Assembly (NCBI GenBank): GCA_964540825.1
Contig: CAZINT010000001.1
Coordinates: 284,565-348,564, forward strand
DNA from: an uncultured Gammaproteobacteria bacterium
Lineage (GTDB): Bacteria > Patescibacteriota > Patescibacteriia > Magasanikbacterales > GWA2-37-8
DNA length: 64,000 nucleotides
Direction: 5' to 3'
Shown here: positions 56,874 to 64,000 of the stretch, one piece after another
Layout of the letters: every line of letters starts with the position of its first letter
How positions within the stretch are numbered: the first letter of the stretch is position 1
Program-made: the position numbers and the translations under genes
The notes under the pieces: model-generated
Told to the model about the DNA's origin: nothing
What the model saw: only the letters and a program-made list of their open reading frames with translations
The model's database searches: none

Positions 56874-57179
56874 ATGCTCGCAGTTATTGCTACCGGCGGA
56901 AAACAATATTTGGTTAAGACCGGTGAAATCCTCAAAATTGAAAAATTAGAACTTAATGAAGGCGATACAGCCACCTTTGAACAAGTGCTTTTGACCGCTG
57001 ATGATGCGGGTGAAAACGTACAGGTAGGCGCTCCGTATCTTTCAGGTGTTACGGTTACGGCCAAGGTTTTGAAACAAGGCAAGAGCCGCACTGTCCGTGT
57101 TGGTAAGTTCAAAAACAAAACTCGCTACCACAAAGCACATGGTCATCGCCAGCGCTTTACTCAGGTAGAGATTCAATAA
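56874..57179 (+). CDS. rplU: 50S ribosomal protein L21
   Basis: AVIATGGKQY.V, GHRQ.FT; promoter TTGACT-17-TATACT at 56799-56827. Confidence 0.97.
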   Translation: MLAVIATGGKQYLVKTGEILKIEKLELNEGDTATFEQVLLTADDAGENVQVGAPYLSGVTVTAKVLKQGKSRTVRVGKFKNKTRYHKAHGHRQRFTQVEIQ

Positions 57180-57187
57180 AATTCTTC

Positions 57188-57220
57188 AAAAAATCCTCCG
57201 AAAATATCGGAGGATTTTTT
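57188..57220. terminator. Terminator after rplU
   Basis: AAAAAATCCTCCGA-aaata-TCGGAGGATTTTTT. Confidence 0.85.
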
Positions 57221-57285
57221 ATTTTTCGTTTTTAATTTCCCGCTCGGGCGGGGTAGGGGTGGGTAAGGTGCACCGTCGCTCACGT

Positions 57286-57316
57286 GTCATTCCCGCGCAG
57301 GCGGGAATCCAGGGTT
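57286..57316. repeat. dRS3/REP-like palindromic element, copy 2
   Basis: GTCATTCCCGCGCAGGCGGGAATCCAG matches ATTCCC-N8-GGGAAT. Confidence 0.8.
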
Positions 57317-57365
57317 TCTTGCGTGTAGCTTTCTTTTCCACCCATTTTGGCAGCAAAAGGGTGGA

Positions 57366-57529
57366 GCCTAAAACTGCCGAGCTGATACCTGTTTCGCGGC
57401 CAGTTCGGATTCGTTCTCGCTCAGCTGCCAATGTTCCTGTGCCGGAACTGTGGCATCTGTCCTACCGAACGCTCAAACTCATCTCGAACTGCCTGGCTCA
57501 ACAGGTAAGCGCTCGGGGAGTGGTGAGGC
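57366..57529. ncRNA. Candidate rod-shaped structured RNA or foldback element (unidentified)
   Basis: Seven or more nested complementary segments form one ~164-nt imperfect hairpin. Confidence 0.45.
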
Positions 57530-57548
57530 CTGTTAAGTAATTGTTTTA

Positions 57549-58148
57549 TTATCGTTCTGTTCTTCCTTTAAGGGCATTACTGAGGGTAATTTCATCCGCA
57601 TACTGTAAGTCGCTGCCCATGGGGAGGCCGCGGGCGAGGCGGGTGATGCGGGTGCTCGGTTTTAGTTTTTTTATTTCGCGTTCGAGGTAGAGCGTGGTGG
57701 TTTCGCCGGCGAGGTTGGGATTGAGGGCGAAAATTATTTCGGTGATAGATTCATTTTGAACACGCTTGAGAAGTTCAACTATTTTTGTTCGGGCAAGACT
57801 GGTGTCGTCGGTCGTGTCGAGCAGTCCGCGTAAGACGTGATACACACCCTTGTATTCGCTGGTATTTTCTATAGCTTGCAAGTCTTGCGAATCGGTCACG
57901 ACAATAATCGTGGTGTGGTCGCGTTTGGCATTACTGCAAATACTGCACGGGCTGGCGTCACTGAAATCAAAACAAACTTCGCAGCTGCGAACATTTTCAA
58001 TCAGTTCCTTGAGGGCCAGCATGAGTTCGGTAACATCTTTTTTACCGGATTTGAGCCAATAAAAAACATACCGCTCGGCGGTGTGCTGGCCGACCGACGG
58101 TAGTTTTTTGAGTTCAGTAATCAGGTTGTTGATGGAAGGGGAGTACAT
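57549..58148 (-). CDS. recR: Recombination mediator RecR
   Basis: LPSVG..TAER, C4 zinc finger, YHVL.G, toprim, RLARGLP.G. Confidence 0.97.
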   Translation of the reverse strand: MYSPSINNLITELKKLPSVGQHTAERYVFYWLKSGKKDVTELMLALKELIENVRSCEVCFDFSDASPCSICSNAKRDHTTIIVVTDSQDLQAIENTSEYKGVYHVLRGLLDTTDDTSLARTKIVELLKRVQNESITEIIFALNPNLAGETTTLYLEREIKKLKPSTRITRLARGLPMGSDLQYADEITLSNALKGRTER

Positions 58149-58150
58149 TG

Positions 58151-58234
58151 AAGCAAATTAGGCAGAGTAAGTTCTAAGCAGAGTAAGCAAAACGATCGTT
58201 AACTTAATTTGCTTACTTTGCCTACTCTGCTTAG
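58151..58234. repeat. Direct and inverted GCAGAGTAAG-type repeats in the ybaB-recR spacer
   Basis: GCAGAGTAAG twice, complementary copies at 58208-58234, central palindrome AACGATCGTT. Confidence 0.7.
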
Positions 58235-58244
58235 TACTATCGGT

Positions 58245-58553
58245 CTACTTTCCCATCCCCGGCAAATCAAATCCCCCCATTTCCTGCATTTTAGTGGCAA
58301 TGGTGCGCTGCATTTTTTTGAGGCCTTCGGCGTGGGCTTCTTTGATGCCGTTTTGGAGTTTTTCTTTCATGCTTGGGTTCAAGAGCTCGTCGTCAATCGC
58401 GAGAGCAGTAATTTCGAGGTTGCCGTTAAGCGAAACAACAACTTTGTCACCAACAGCAGTGGTGGTGACACTTTCCCCGCCAAGGGCTTCCTGCAGTTTT
58501 TTACCCTGATCACGAAGGTCTTTGAATTCTTTGAGTTTCGAGAACATGGACAT
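58245..58553 (-). CDS. ybaB: Nucleoid-associated protein YbaB/EbfC
   Basis: LQEAL, V.VSLNGN.EI..L.ID..LL; directly upstream of recR. Confidence 0.9.
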   Translation of the reverse strand: MSMFSKLKEFKDLRDQGKKLQEALGGESVTTTAVGDKVVVSLNGNLEITALAIDDELLNPSMKEKLQNGIKEAHAEGLKKMQRTIATKMQEMGGFDLPGMGK

Positions 58554-58586
58554 ATATGTGTAATTAATGGTTAGTAAGTAAGTTTT

Positions 58587-60032
58587 TTAAAATTCCGGGT
58601 CGCCACCTTCTTGTTTCCTAAAAGCTGATTTTGGTTTCAACTCTTGTACCATATTTGTCTGCGGAACGAAACTGGTATCAAGATTGCGAAACGACGCCAT
58701 CGCGTCTACAAACGCCATCTTCACGACGCCGGTCGGACCGTTACGATGTTTGGCAATATGGATTTCGGCGAGGTTGCGCTCGTCGGGCGGAATTTCTTCC
58801 GGGCGGTAGTTACGATCAGCAGATTTGCGGTAGATAAACATGACGATATCCGCATCCTGCTCAATAGAACCTGATTCACGCAGGTGCGAAAGCTTCGGGA
58901 TGGCCGGTTTACTCTGTTCCACGGTACGTGAGAGCTGCGAGAGGGCGATAACCGGTACATTCAGCTCACGAGCGATACTTTTAAGCCCGCGCGTGATTTC
59001 GGCAACTTCTTGTACACGGTTCTCAATATTACCGCGTGATTGCATGAGCTGCAAGTAGTCGATAACAATAAGTCCAAGACCATGTTCCGCCTGTAAGCGC
59101 CGGGCTTTGGTGCGAATTTGCATGATGTTCACATCAGCCGAGTCATCGATAAAAATCGGCGCTTCAGACAAAGTACCAATAGCATGACCGATGCGCGGGA
59201 AATCATCGTCTTCAGGTCGGTCGGAGAGGTGGCCGGTACGCAATTTCCACAGGTCGATGTTAGCTTCGGAACAGAGCATTTTATCTACCATCTGTTCTTT
59301 ACTCATTTCCAGCGAGAAAAGACCGACGGGTACTTTTTGCTTGGTGCCGATATGGCGAACGATATCAAGGGCGAGTGAAGATTTTCCCACACTCGGGCGA
59401 GCAGCGATAATAATAAGATCCGATTTTTGAAGACCGGCCATGAGATTATCGAGACCCGTAAAACCGGTCGGTACGCCCCGCAACTGCCCTTTATTTTTGT
59501 GGAGTTCGTCGATACGGTCAAAAGCATCGGCTAGAACACCACGAATCGGAGTGAAGGCTTGTTTAAAATAAATTTGTGAAACACCGAACAGATGCTGCTG
59601 GGCCTGGTCGAGTAATTGTTCGATATCTTCTTCATCTTCTTGGAACGAAAGGCGGGTAATTTCTTGTGAAGCGGCCAAAAGGCGGCGGCGCGTAGCCTTT
59701 TTATGAATAATATGGGCGTAATGAACAATGTTCGAAGCGGTCGGTACGGCGTTTGTCAGTGCTGCTAAATAACTGCGGCCGCCGATACGTTCCAGATCAC
59801 CCTTTTCTTCGAGACGGTTACTGAGTGTCAAAAGATCGAGCGGTTCATTTTTGTCGTAGAGTTCAATAATGCATTCAAAAATGCGGCTATGCGCGTCTTT
59901 GTAGAAATCTTCAGCCCGAACCACATCGGCAATTTTAAGCATCGCATCTTTATCAATCAAAACAGCACCGAGAAGGGACATCTCGGCTTCGAGGCTTTGA
60001 GGAGGTATGCGGTCAACGTTATCGGGTGGCAT
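58587..60032 (-). CDS. dnaB: Replicative DNA helicase
   Basis: PPQSLEAE, AARPSVGKS, IDYLQL, LSQLSR, LRESGSIEQDAD, KHRNGPTG; no intein. Confidence 0.98.
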   Translation of the reverse strand: MPPDNVDRIPPQSLEAEMSLLGAVLIDKDAMLKIADVVRAEDFYKDAHSRIFECIIELYDKNEPLDLLTLSNRLEEKGDLERIGGRSYLAALTNAVPTASNIVHYAHIIHKKATRRRLLAASQEITRLSFQEDEEDIEQLLDQAQQHLFGVSQIYFKQAFTPIRGVLADAFDRIDELHKNKGQLRGVPTGFTGLDNLMAGLQKSDLIIIAARPSVGKSSLALDIVRHIGTKQKVPVGLFSLEMSKEQMVDKMLCSEANIDLWKLRTGHLSDRPEDDDFPRIGHAIGTLSEAPIFIDDSADVNIMQIRTKARRLQAEHGLGLIVIDYLQLMQSRGNIENRVQEVAEITRGLKSIARELNVPVIALSQLSRTVEQSKPAIPKLSHLRESGSIEQDADIVMFIYRKSADRNYRPEEIPPDERNLAEIHIAKHRNGPTGVVKMAFVDAMASFRNLDTSFVPQTNMVQELKPKSAFRKQEGGDPEF

Positions 60033-60157
60033 GAGGATTAAAATGAGTGTCCTTATGGTAACGTACTTTGGGGTTACCCGGCAAGTATAGGGTGGGGAAG
60101 GAATGGGGGTAAGTCGGTGGATGATAAAGGATTAAAGATGCTATACTCATAGATACT

Positions 60158-62314
60158 ATGAAAAGACCTGTTTTTGCGGTTTTTGGAGCCAGCCTTATTT
60201 TTTTAGGAGTCTCGTGGAGCGGGGTGCATTTTTTTGGGCTCGGTTTACTCGGGCTCGTACTCTATTTTTTGAGTACTGGTGAGTGGGCGTATGCTTGGTT
60301 GCAGTGCTTTTTTAGTTTTTCACACACACTAACGCAAAAGGTTGTGGGCGCATGGATCAGCTTTATGAGTGTTGCGGCTTTGTCGGGCCTCGCCGTACTT
60401 GCGGATATTTTTTCACCACTGTTGGCTGTTATAATTTTAGGGGTGAATGGTCTTGTCTGGTTATGGCTCGGAGCTTTTAAGATGCCTGAACAAAAAGTTG
60501 ATGAGCGAGTTTCGGTAGAACATTCGCATGGTTTTTTTAGTGCAACAGCATCACGAATTATTTTGGTGCTGTACGGGGTGTTTGCGCTCTTTGCCCTGGG
60601 CTTACTCGTTATTTCAAAGAGTAGCGGGGTTATTACCACGCCGTGGCAAACTATTCACCCAGCTTTTATTTATGTCTTTTCCGCAGCGACGTTTCTTCTT
60701 GTCTTGCTTATTTTCTCTAAGTTTACAAGCCGTTTAGTATTGATTGTTTTTGTTTTCCATAGTCTACTAATTCATAGCTATATTCCACTGACGCATTCGC
60801 TGCTCTATGGCGCGGATGGTTGGAGGCACATGGCTACCGAAGAGAGATTGATTCGGGGGGAGGGAACCGTTGTGCCAGCTATCAGTGATGGCGCGAGTAG
60901 TCCAAAGCATAAAATTGATCTTGGGCTTGTATCGTATAGTCAAATGTGGGGAGTAAGTGCGCTTGTCGGCAGCGTTACGGCAGTTTCATTGCTTGATATT
61001 AATCGTTGGTTGCTGCCGATATTGTTTGGAATTGTCGTCCCGCTACTTATATATGAACTGGCTCAAATATTGAGCTGGAAACGAGAATGGCCTTTTGTTG
61101 CGGTGCTGCTTAGTTTTTTACCATTTGCTTTAACGAGCACGGGATCATTTACTTTGCCGGTTAGTTTTGGATTTTTAGTCTGTTTATTATTTATAACGTT
61201 GCTCGTCAAAAGGTTGGTAATGCCCGAGCGCAAACAGCTTTTTCCCATCGGTCTTTTATTTGCCGTGCTCTGTGCTGGGTATGCGCTCTACGCTTTAGTC
61301 GGAGCCTTTGCTTTTATGGTGTCCGAACTTTTTTTACAACTGCGCCGTAAAAATATTCAAACAGTATCCGGCTTTTCTGCGGTTGTGGTAGTAGGGAGTA
61401 TTGGCATACTTGGTATTTTTCCTGCTTTAGAATATTTTGCCCGGTACAGTTCGCTGGTGCCGCGCATGCTGTGGTTGGCTCAGGCTCAGCAAGCAATTGG
61501 TAATTTTAGTGCAGTGTATTTGGCAGCGGGGCCAAGGCCACACGATATTACAGCTGGTAATATACTTTTTAATCAGGTGCCCCTCGCTAGTTTCGTGCCA
61601 AATCTTTTTACGTTGAATCGTTGGTGGCTGGTAGGGCTCGCGGTAGCATGGTGGGCTCTTTGCTGTCTGGGTTGGTATGCGCTCATTAAAAAAAGAACTG
61701 CCGTATCAGGCTGGTTTCTGACGCTAGGGGTCGGAATATTTGGAGCGTATGGTGTGAGCCGTTATTTTTTTCAAGGCGAGCAAGTGTTAACGCGTCGGCT
61801 TGAACCGATTTTGGCGCTGATCAGTATTTTTTTGGTTGTTGTTGCCCTGAAGTATGTTGCCCGACGATTTGCTTTTGTGCCCAAGAAATCGGTAATACTC
61901 GGAGGTTGTTTGCTGGTAAGTATTGCTATCAGTACTTCTTTTACGCTGGGGCCAGATACGCTGACGGTAAGCCAGAGTGAGTATATTGCCATGCAGCAAG
62001 TCCTGCGCGTAGGCGGTGTTAGGAAGCCATGTGTGATAGCGGCGACGTACCCGCTCCTTGCGCTTGAAGCATTGAGCCGTAAAACGATCATTGGCGGAGG
62101 CTTCCCGATTTCACATGACTTTGAACAGCCCGAGCAACAAAAAATATATGCCTCGCTGGCGGCCGATCCGAATGACAGAGCAGTGCTTGATCAGGCTTTT
62201 AAAATAACAGGCGCAGAAAAATGTTTTTTAGTCGCTCCTTTTGATTCTAGAAAAGTAACACCGCAGTTTCAGGCAGCTTTTGGCGGTGTTGGCGTGTGGC
62301 AATATACAAAATAG
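60158..62314 (+). CDS. Large polytopic membrane protein, possibly GT-C glycosyltransferase-like
   Basis: Many TM segments; loop motif YGADGWRH; short soluble C-terminal domain. Confidence 0.6.
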   Translation: MKRPVFAVFGASLIFLGVSWSGVHFFGLGLLGLVLYFLSTGEWAYAWLQCFFSFSHTLTQKVVGAWISFMSVAALSGLAVLADIFSPLLAVIILGVNGLVWLWLGAFKMPEQKVDERVSVEHSHGFFSATASRIILVLYGVFALFALGLLVISKSSGVITTPWQTIHPAFIYVFSAATFLLVLLIFSKFTSRLVLIVFVFHSLLIHSYIPLTHSLLYGADGWRHMATEERLIRGEGTVVPAISDGASSPKHKIDLGLVSYSQMWGVSALVGSVTAVSLLDINRWLLPILFGIVVPLLIYELAQILSWKREWPFVAVLLSFLPFALTSTGSFTLPVSFGFLVCLLFITLLVKRLVMPERKQLFPIGLLFAVLCAGYALYALVGAFAFMVSELFLQLRRKNIQTVSGFSAVVVVGSIGILGIFPALEYFARYSSLVPRMLWLAQAQQAIGNFSAVYLAAGPRPHDITAGNILFNQVPLASFVPNLFTLNRWWLVGLAVAWWALCCLGWYALIKKRTAVSGWFLTLGVGIFGAYGVSRYFFQGEQVLTRRLEPILALISIFLVVVALKYVARRFAFVPKKSVILGGCLLVSIAISTSFTLGPDTLTVSQSEYIAMQQVLRVGGVRKPCVIAATYPLLALEALSRKTIIGGGFPISHDFEQPEQQKIYASLAADPNDRAVLDQAFKITGAEKCFLVAPFDSRKVTPQFQAAFGGVGVWQYTK

Positions 62315-62335
62315 TTTTTTATTTTAATAAGTAGT

Positions 62336-62737
62336 ATGAACTGTATTTTTTGCAAAATTATTGCCAAAGAAGTTCCAAATTACACAGTGTATGAAGATGA
62401 ATTCGTGCTTGCTTTTTTAGATGTTTTTCCGCATGCCAAGGGGCACACTGTTGTAGTGCCAAAAAAACATGTCGGAAGCTTGGTTGACTTAACAGCCGAA
62501 GAATCACGTAAGCTTATGGCTGGACTTGATAGTGCTTTTCGCCGGGTGAACACAATCTTAAAGCCCGATGGAGTAAATATTGGCATTAATGAACGCGCTG
62601 CTGCCGGCCAGGTCGTTCCGCATATCCATTGGCATATTTTACCTCGTTACGAGGGTGATGGGGGAGGTTCGGTACATTCAATTATTAAAAACCCCGGTGA
62701 CATCGATGTTAAGGAGCTTGCCAAGTTATTTATCTAA
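62336..62737 (+). CDS. HIT family hydrolase
   Basis: CIFCKI, GHT.VVPK.H, GQVVPHIHWH. Confidence 0.95.
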   Translation: MNCIFCKIIAKEVPNYTVYEDEFVLAFLDVFPHAKGHTVVVPKKHVGSLVDLTAEESRKLMAGLDSAFRRVNTILKPDGVNIGINERAAAGQVVPHIHWHILPRYEGDGGGSVHSIIKNPGDIDVKELAKLFI

Positions 62738-62750
62738 TTTGTTGGGCTTT

Positions 62751-63041
62751 ATGAATGTTGTTAATCGAAAAAAGGTGTTCAAATTTTCTCAGGTTCTTGG
62801 TGTTTTCGTTGTGTTTTTTATGTTTGCTACATTTTTGCCAATTAATTTTATTCCGGTATTAAAAAATATTCCCTGGCTCAATACCGGCTGCTCTACTTTT
62901 TGGTTTGGTATCTGGAAAGTATGTCGTGTGCAATCTATAGCGTTTATCGTGAGCGGATTATTTTTTGTGATTCAATGTTTAATTACAGGTCTTGTACTTA
63001 TGAGTCCCGAAGAACGGGCTGAAGCTAATCGTAATCTCTAA
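62751..63041 (+). CDS. Small hypothetical membrane protein
   Basis: Likely start ATG 62751; hydrophobic segments. Confidence 0.55.
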   Translation: MNVVNRKKVFKFSQVLGVFVVFFMFATFLPINFIPVLKNIPWLNTGCSTFWFGIWKVCRVQSIAFIVSGLFFVIQCLITGLVLMSPEERAEANRNL

Positions 63042-63050
63042 GTAATTTTT

Positions 63051-63635
63051 GTGAAAAATATTTTAAATTCTAAGAAATCTGTTTGGGTGGTGATTAACGC
63101 AATTGTCTTTATTGTTTTGTCAGCTATTTTGTATTACAAACAGCATACTTTTGTGGCTACACCAGCCATTCCTCGCGTTATTGCGCCTGACGATGTAGAC
63201 GTGCAGCCGGTAACAAGTCAAACAGTCGATAGCACCACTACTACGCTCGCTACCATTACGCGAGTTATCGATGGAGATACTGTTGAGCTTTCAACAGGCC
63301 AGCGTGTACGCTATATAGGCGTAGATACACCCGAAACTGTCGATCCGCGAAAAGGAGTGCAATGCTTTGGTAAAGAAGCTTCGGCATATAATAAAAGCCT
63401 GGTGTTAGGCCAAAAAGTACGTCTCTCAAAGGATGTTTCAGATATGGATCGGTATCATCGATTGCTGCGCTATGTTTATTTAGAAGATGGCACATTGCTT
63501 AATTTAAAATTAGTGGAAGAGGGGTATGCCCTTGCCGCAACATTTCCACCCGACGTAAAATATAGCAAGGTGTTTGTGGCCGCCGAAGCCAAGGCACGGG
63601 AGGCAAAGAAGGGTCTTTGGGGAAAATGCAATTAA
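63051..63635 (+). CDS. Membrane-anchored thermonuclease (SNase family)
   Basis: RVIDGDT, VRYIGVDTPE, DRYHRLLRYV, GLWG. Confidence 0.93.
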   Translation: MKNILNSKKSVWVVINAIVFIVLSAILYYKQHTFVATPAIPRVIAPDDVDVQPVTSQTVDSTTTTLATITRVIDGDTVELSTGQRVRYIGVDTPETVDPRKGVQCFGKEASAYNKSLVLGQKVRLSKDVSDMDRYHRLLRYVYLEDGTLLNLKLVEEGYALAATFPPDVKYSKVFVAAEAKAREAKKGLWGKCN

Positions 63636-63650
63636 GTATTTTTAAAGTAT

Positions 63651-64000
63651 ATGGAACGAGTTTTGCCGCAAGAATTTTCAGAAAACGCAATAGAAGTTTC
63701 ACCCAGTATTGATGCGTCGTATTTTTTGGTTTTAAAAGCACTCATAAGCGCACTTGACCGCAAGATGTCGCTGCCACTTGTTGTCGAAGTAGTTGCAAAA
63801 GGGGTGGCAGCGGAATCTCAAACGGGCGAACTTGTGCTTGACGCTCTAGAAAATCGTTTACAAATTAAAATTGGTAAAAATATTTATTTGGTGCAAGAGG
63901 CGCTGAAGGAAAAAAGTATTTCATTAACACCTGAAAGTTTAGGGAAGCTCAAGGCATATCTTGAAGCACTTGCCCGCGAGCCGCGCTACACCTCACCGCC
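63651..64000 (+). CDS. Hypothetical protein, runs off window end
   Basis: ATG 63651 (MERVLPQEFSE...), no stop before 64000. Confidence 0.6.
   Translation, partial: MERVLPQEFSENAIEVSPSIDASYFLVLKALISALDRKMSLPLVVEVVAKGVAAESQTGELVLDALENRLQIKIGKNIYLVQEALKEKSISLTPESLGKLKAYLEALAREPRYTSP

Noticed and set aside
57366-57538. Rod as SRP RNA or as an integron attC site (GTTAAGT at 57532)
   Set aside because: No SRP helix-8 GNRA loop or CAGG/AGCA motif. The left end lacks a matching RYYYAAC, the length exceeds typical attC sites, and no integrase is present.
57219-57540. ORFs 57259..57540 (+) and 57219..57431 (-)
   Set aside because: They are translations of the palindromic repeat (VIPAQAGIQ / WIPACAGMT) and hairpins, and likely spurious.
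58587-60032. Intein in DnaB
   Set aside because: Normal length of 481 aa with an uninterrupted P-loop region.
1-64000. CRISPR array, prophage, transposase, retron/DGR, alternative genetic code
   Set aside because: No regularly spaced direct repeats and no phage, transposase or reverse transcriptase motifs. Conserved genes are intact under code 11 and some end in TGA.

Overview
64 kb of ordinary, gene-dense bacterial chromosome using genetic code 11 (TGA acts as a stop). Gene content and style suggest Patescibacteria (CPR), plausibly Parcubacteria/ABY1. This is an inference from the short HrcA, DUF5667 anti-sigma, PEGA protein, minimal mraZ-rsmH-ftsL cluster, presence of rplI, largely SD-less starts and many orphans. 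Contents in order: an ABC exporter plus tag/DUF1801/SRPBCC/VOC detoxification run (1.6-7.2 kb); trhO, yidC and an SPFH gene; a CIRCE-controlled hrcA-grpE-hsp20-dnaK-dnaJ locus interleaved with unrelated genes; an ECF sigma/anti-sigma pair; rnhA, murA, ctpA, era, rplI, pyrG; a surface-glycan cluster with an S8 protease; a GILT/DsbA-like protein near a CxxC-FN3 repeat surface protein; recJ, lepA, murJ; mraZ-rsmH-ftsL; rplU; recR-ybaB-dnaB; HIT and a thermonuclease. No rRNA, tRNA, CRISPR, integrase, transposase or reverse transcriptase was seen. Best leads: (1) an unexplained ~165-nt rod-shaped structure between rplU and recR, beside a dRS3-type palindrome and a G4 motif; (2) a possible extracytoplasmic thiol system (GILT-like reductase plus five CxxC-bearing FN3 domains); (3) GC-rich, SD-led orphan genes with long 3' hairpins in an SD-poor genome; (4) a symmetric CIRCE variant; (5) an unannotated 31-aa membrane peptide. 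All calls come from reading motifs by eye; no database searches were run.
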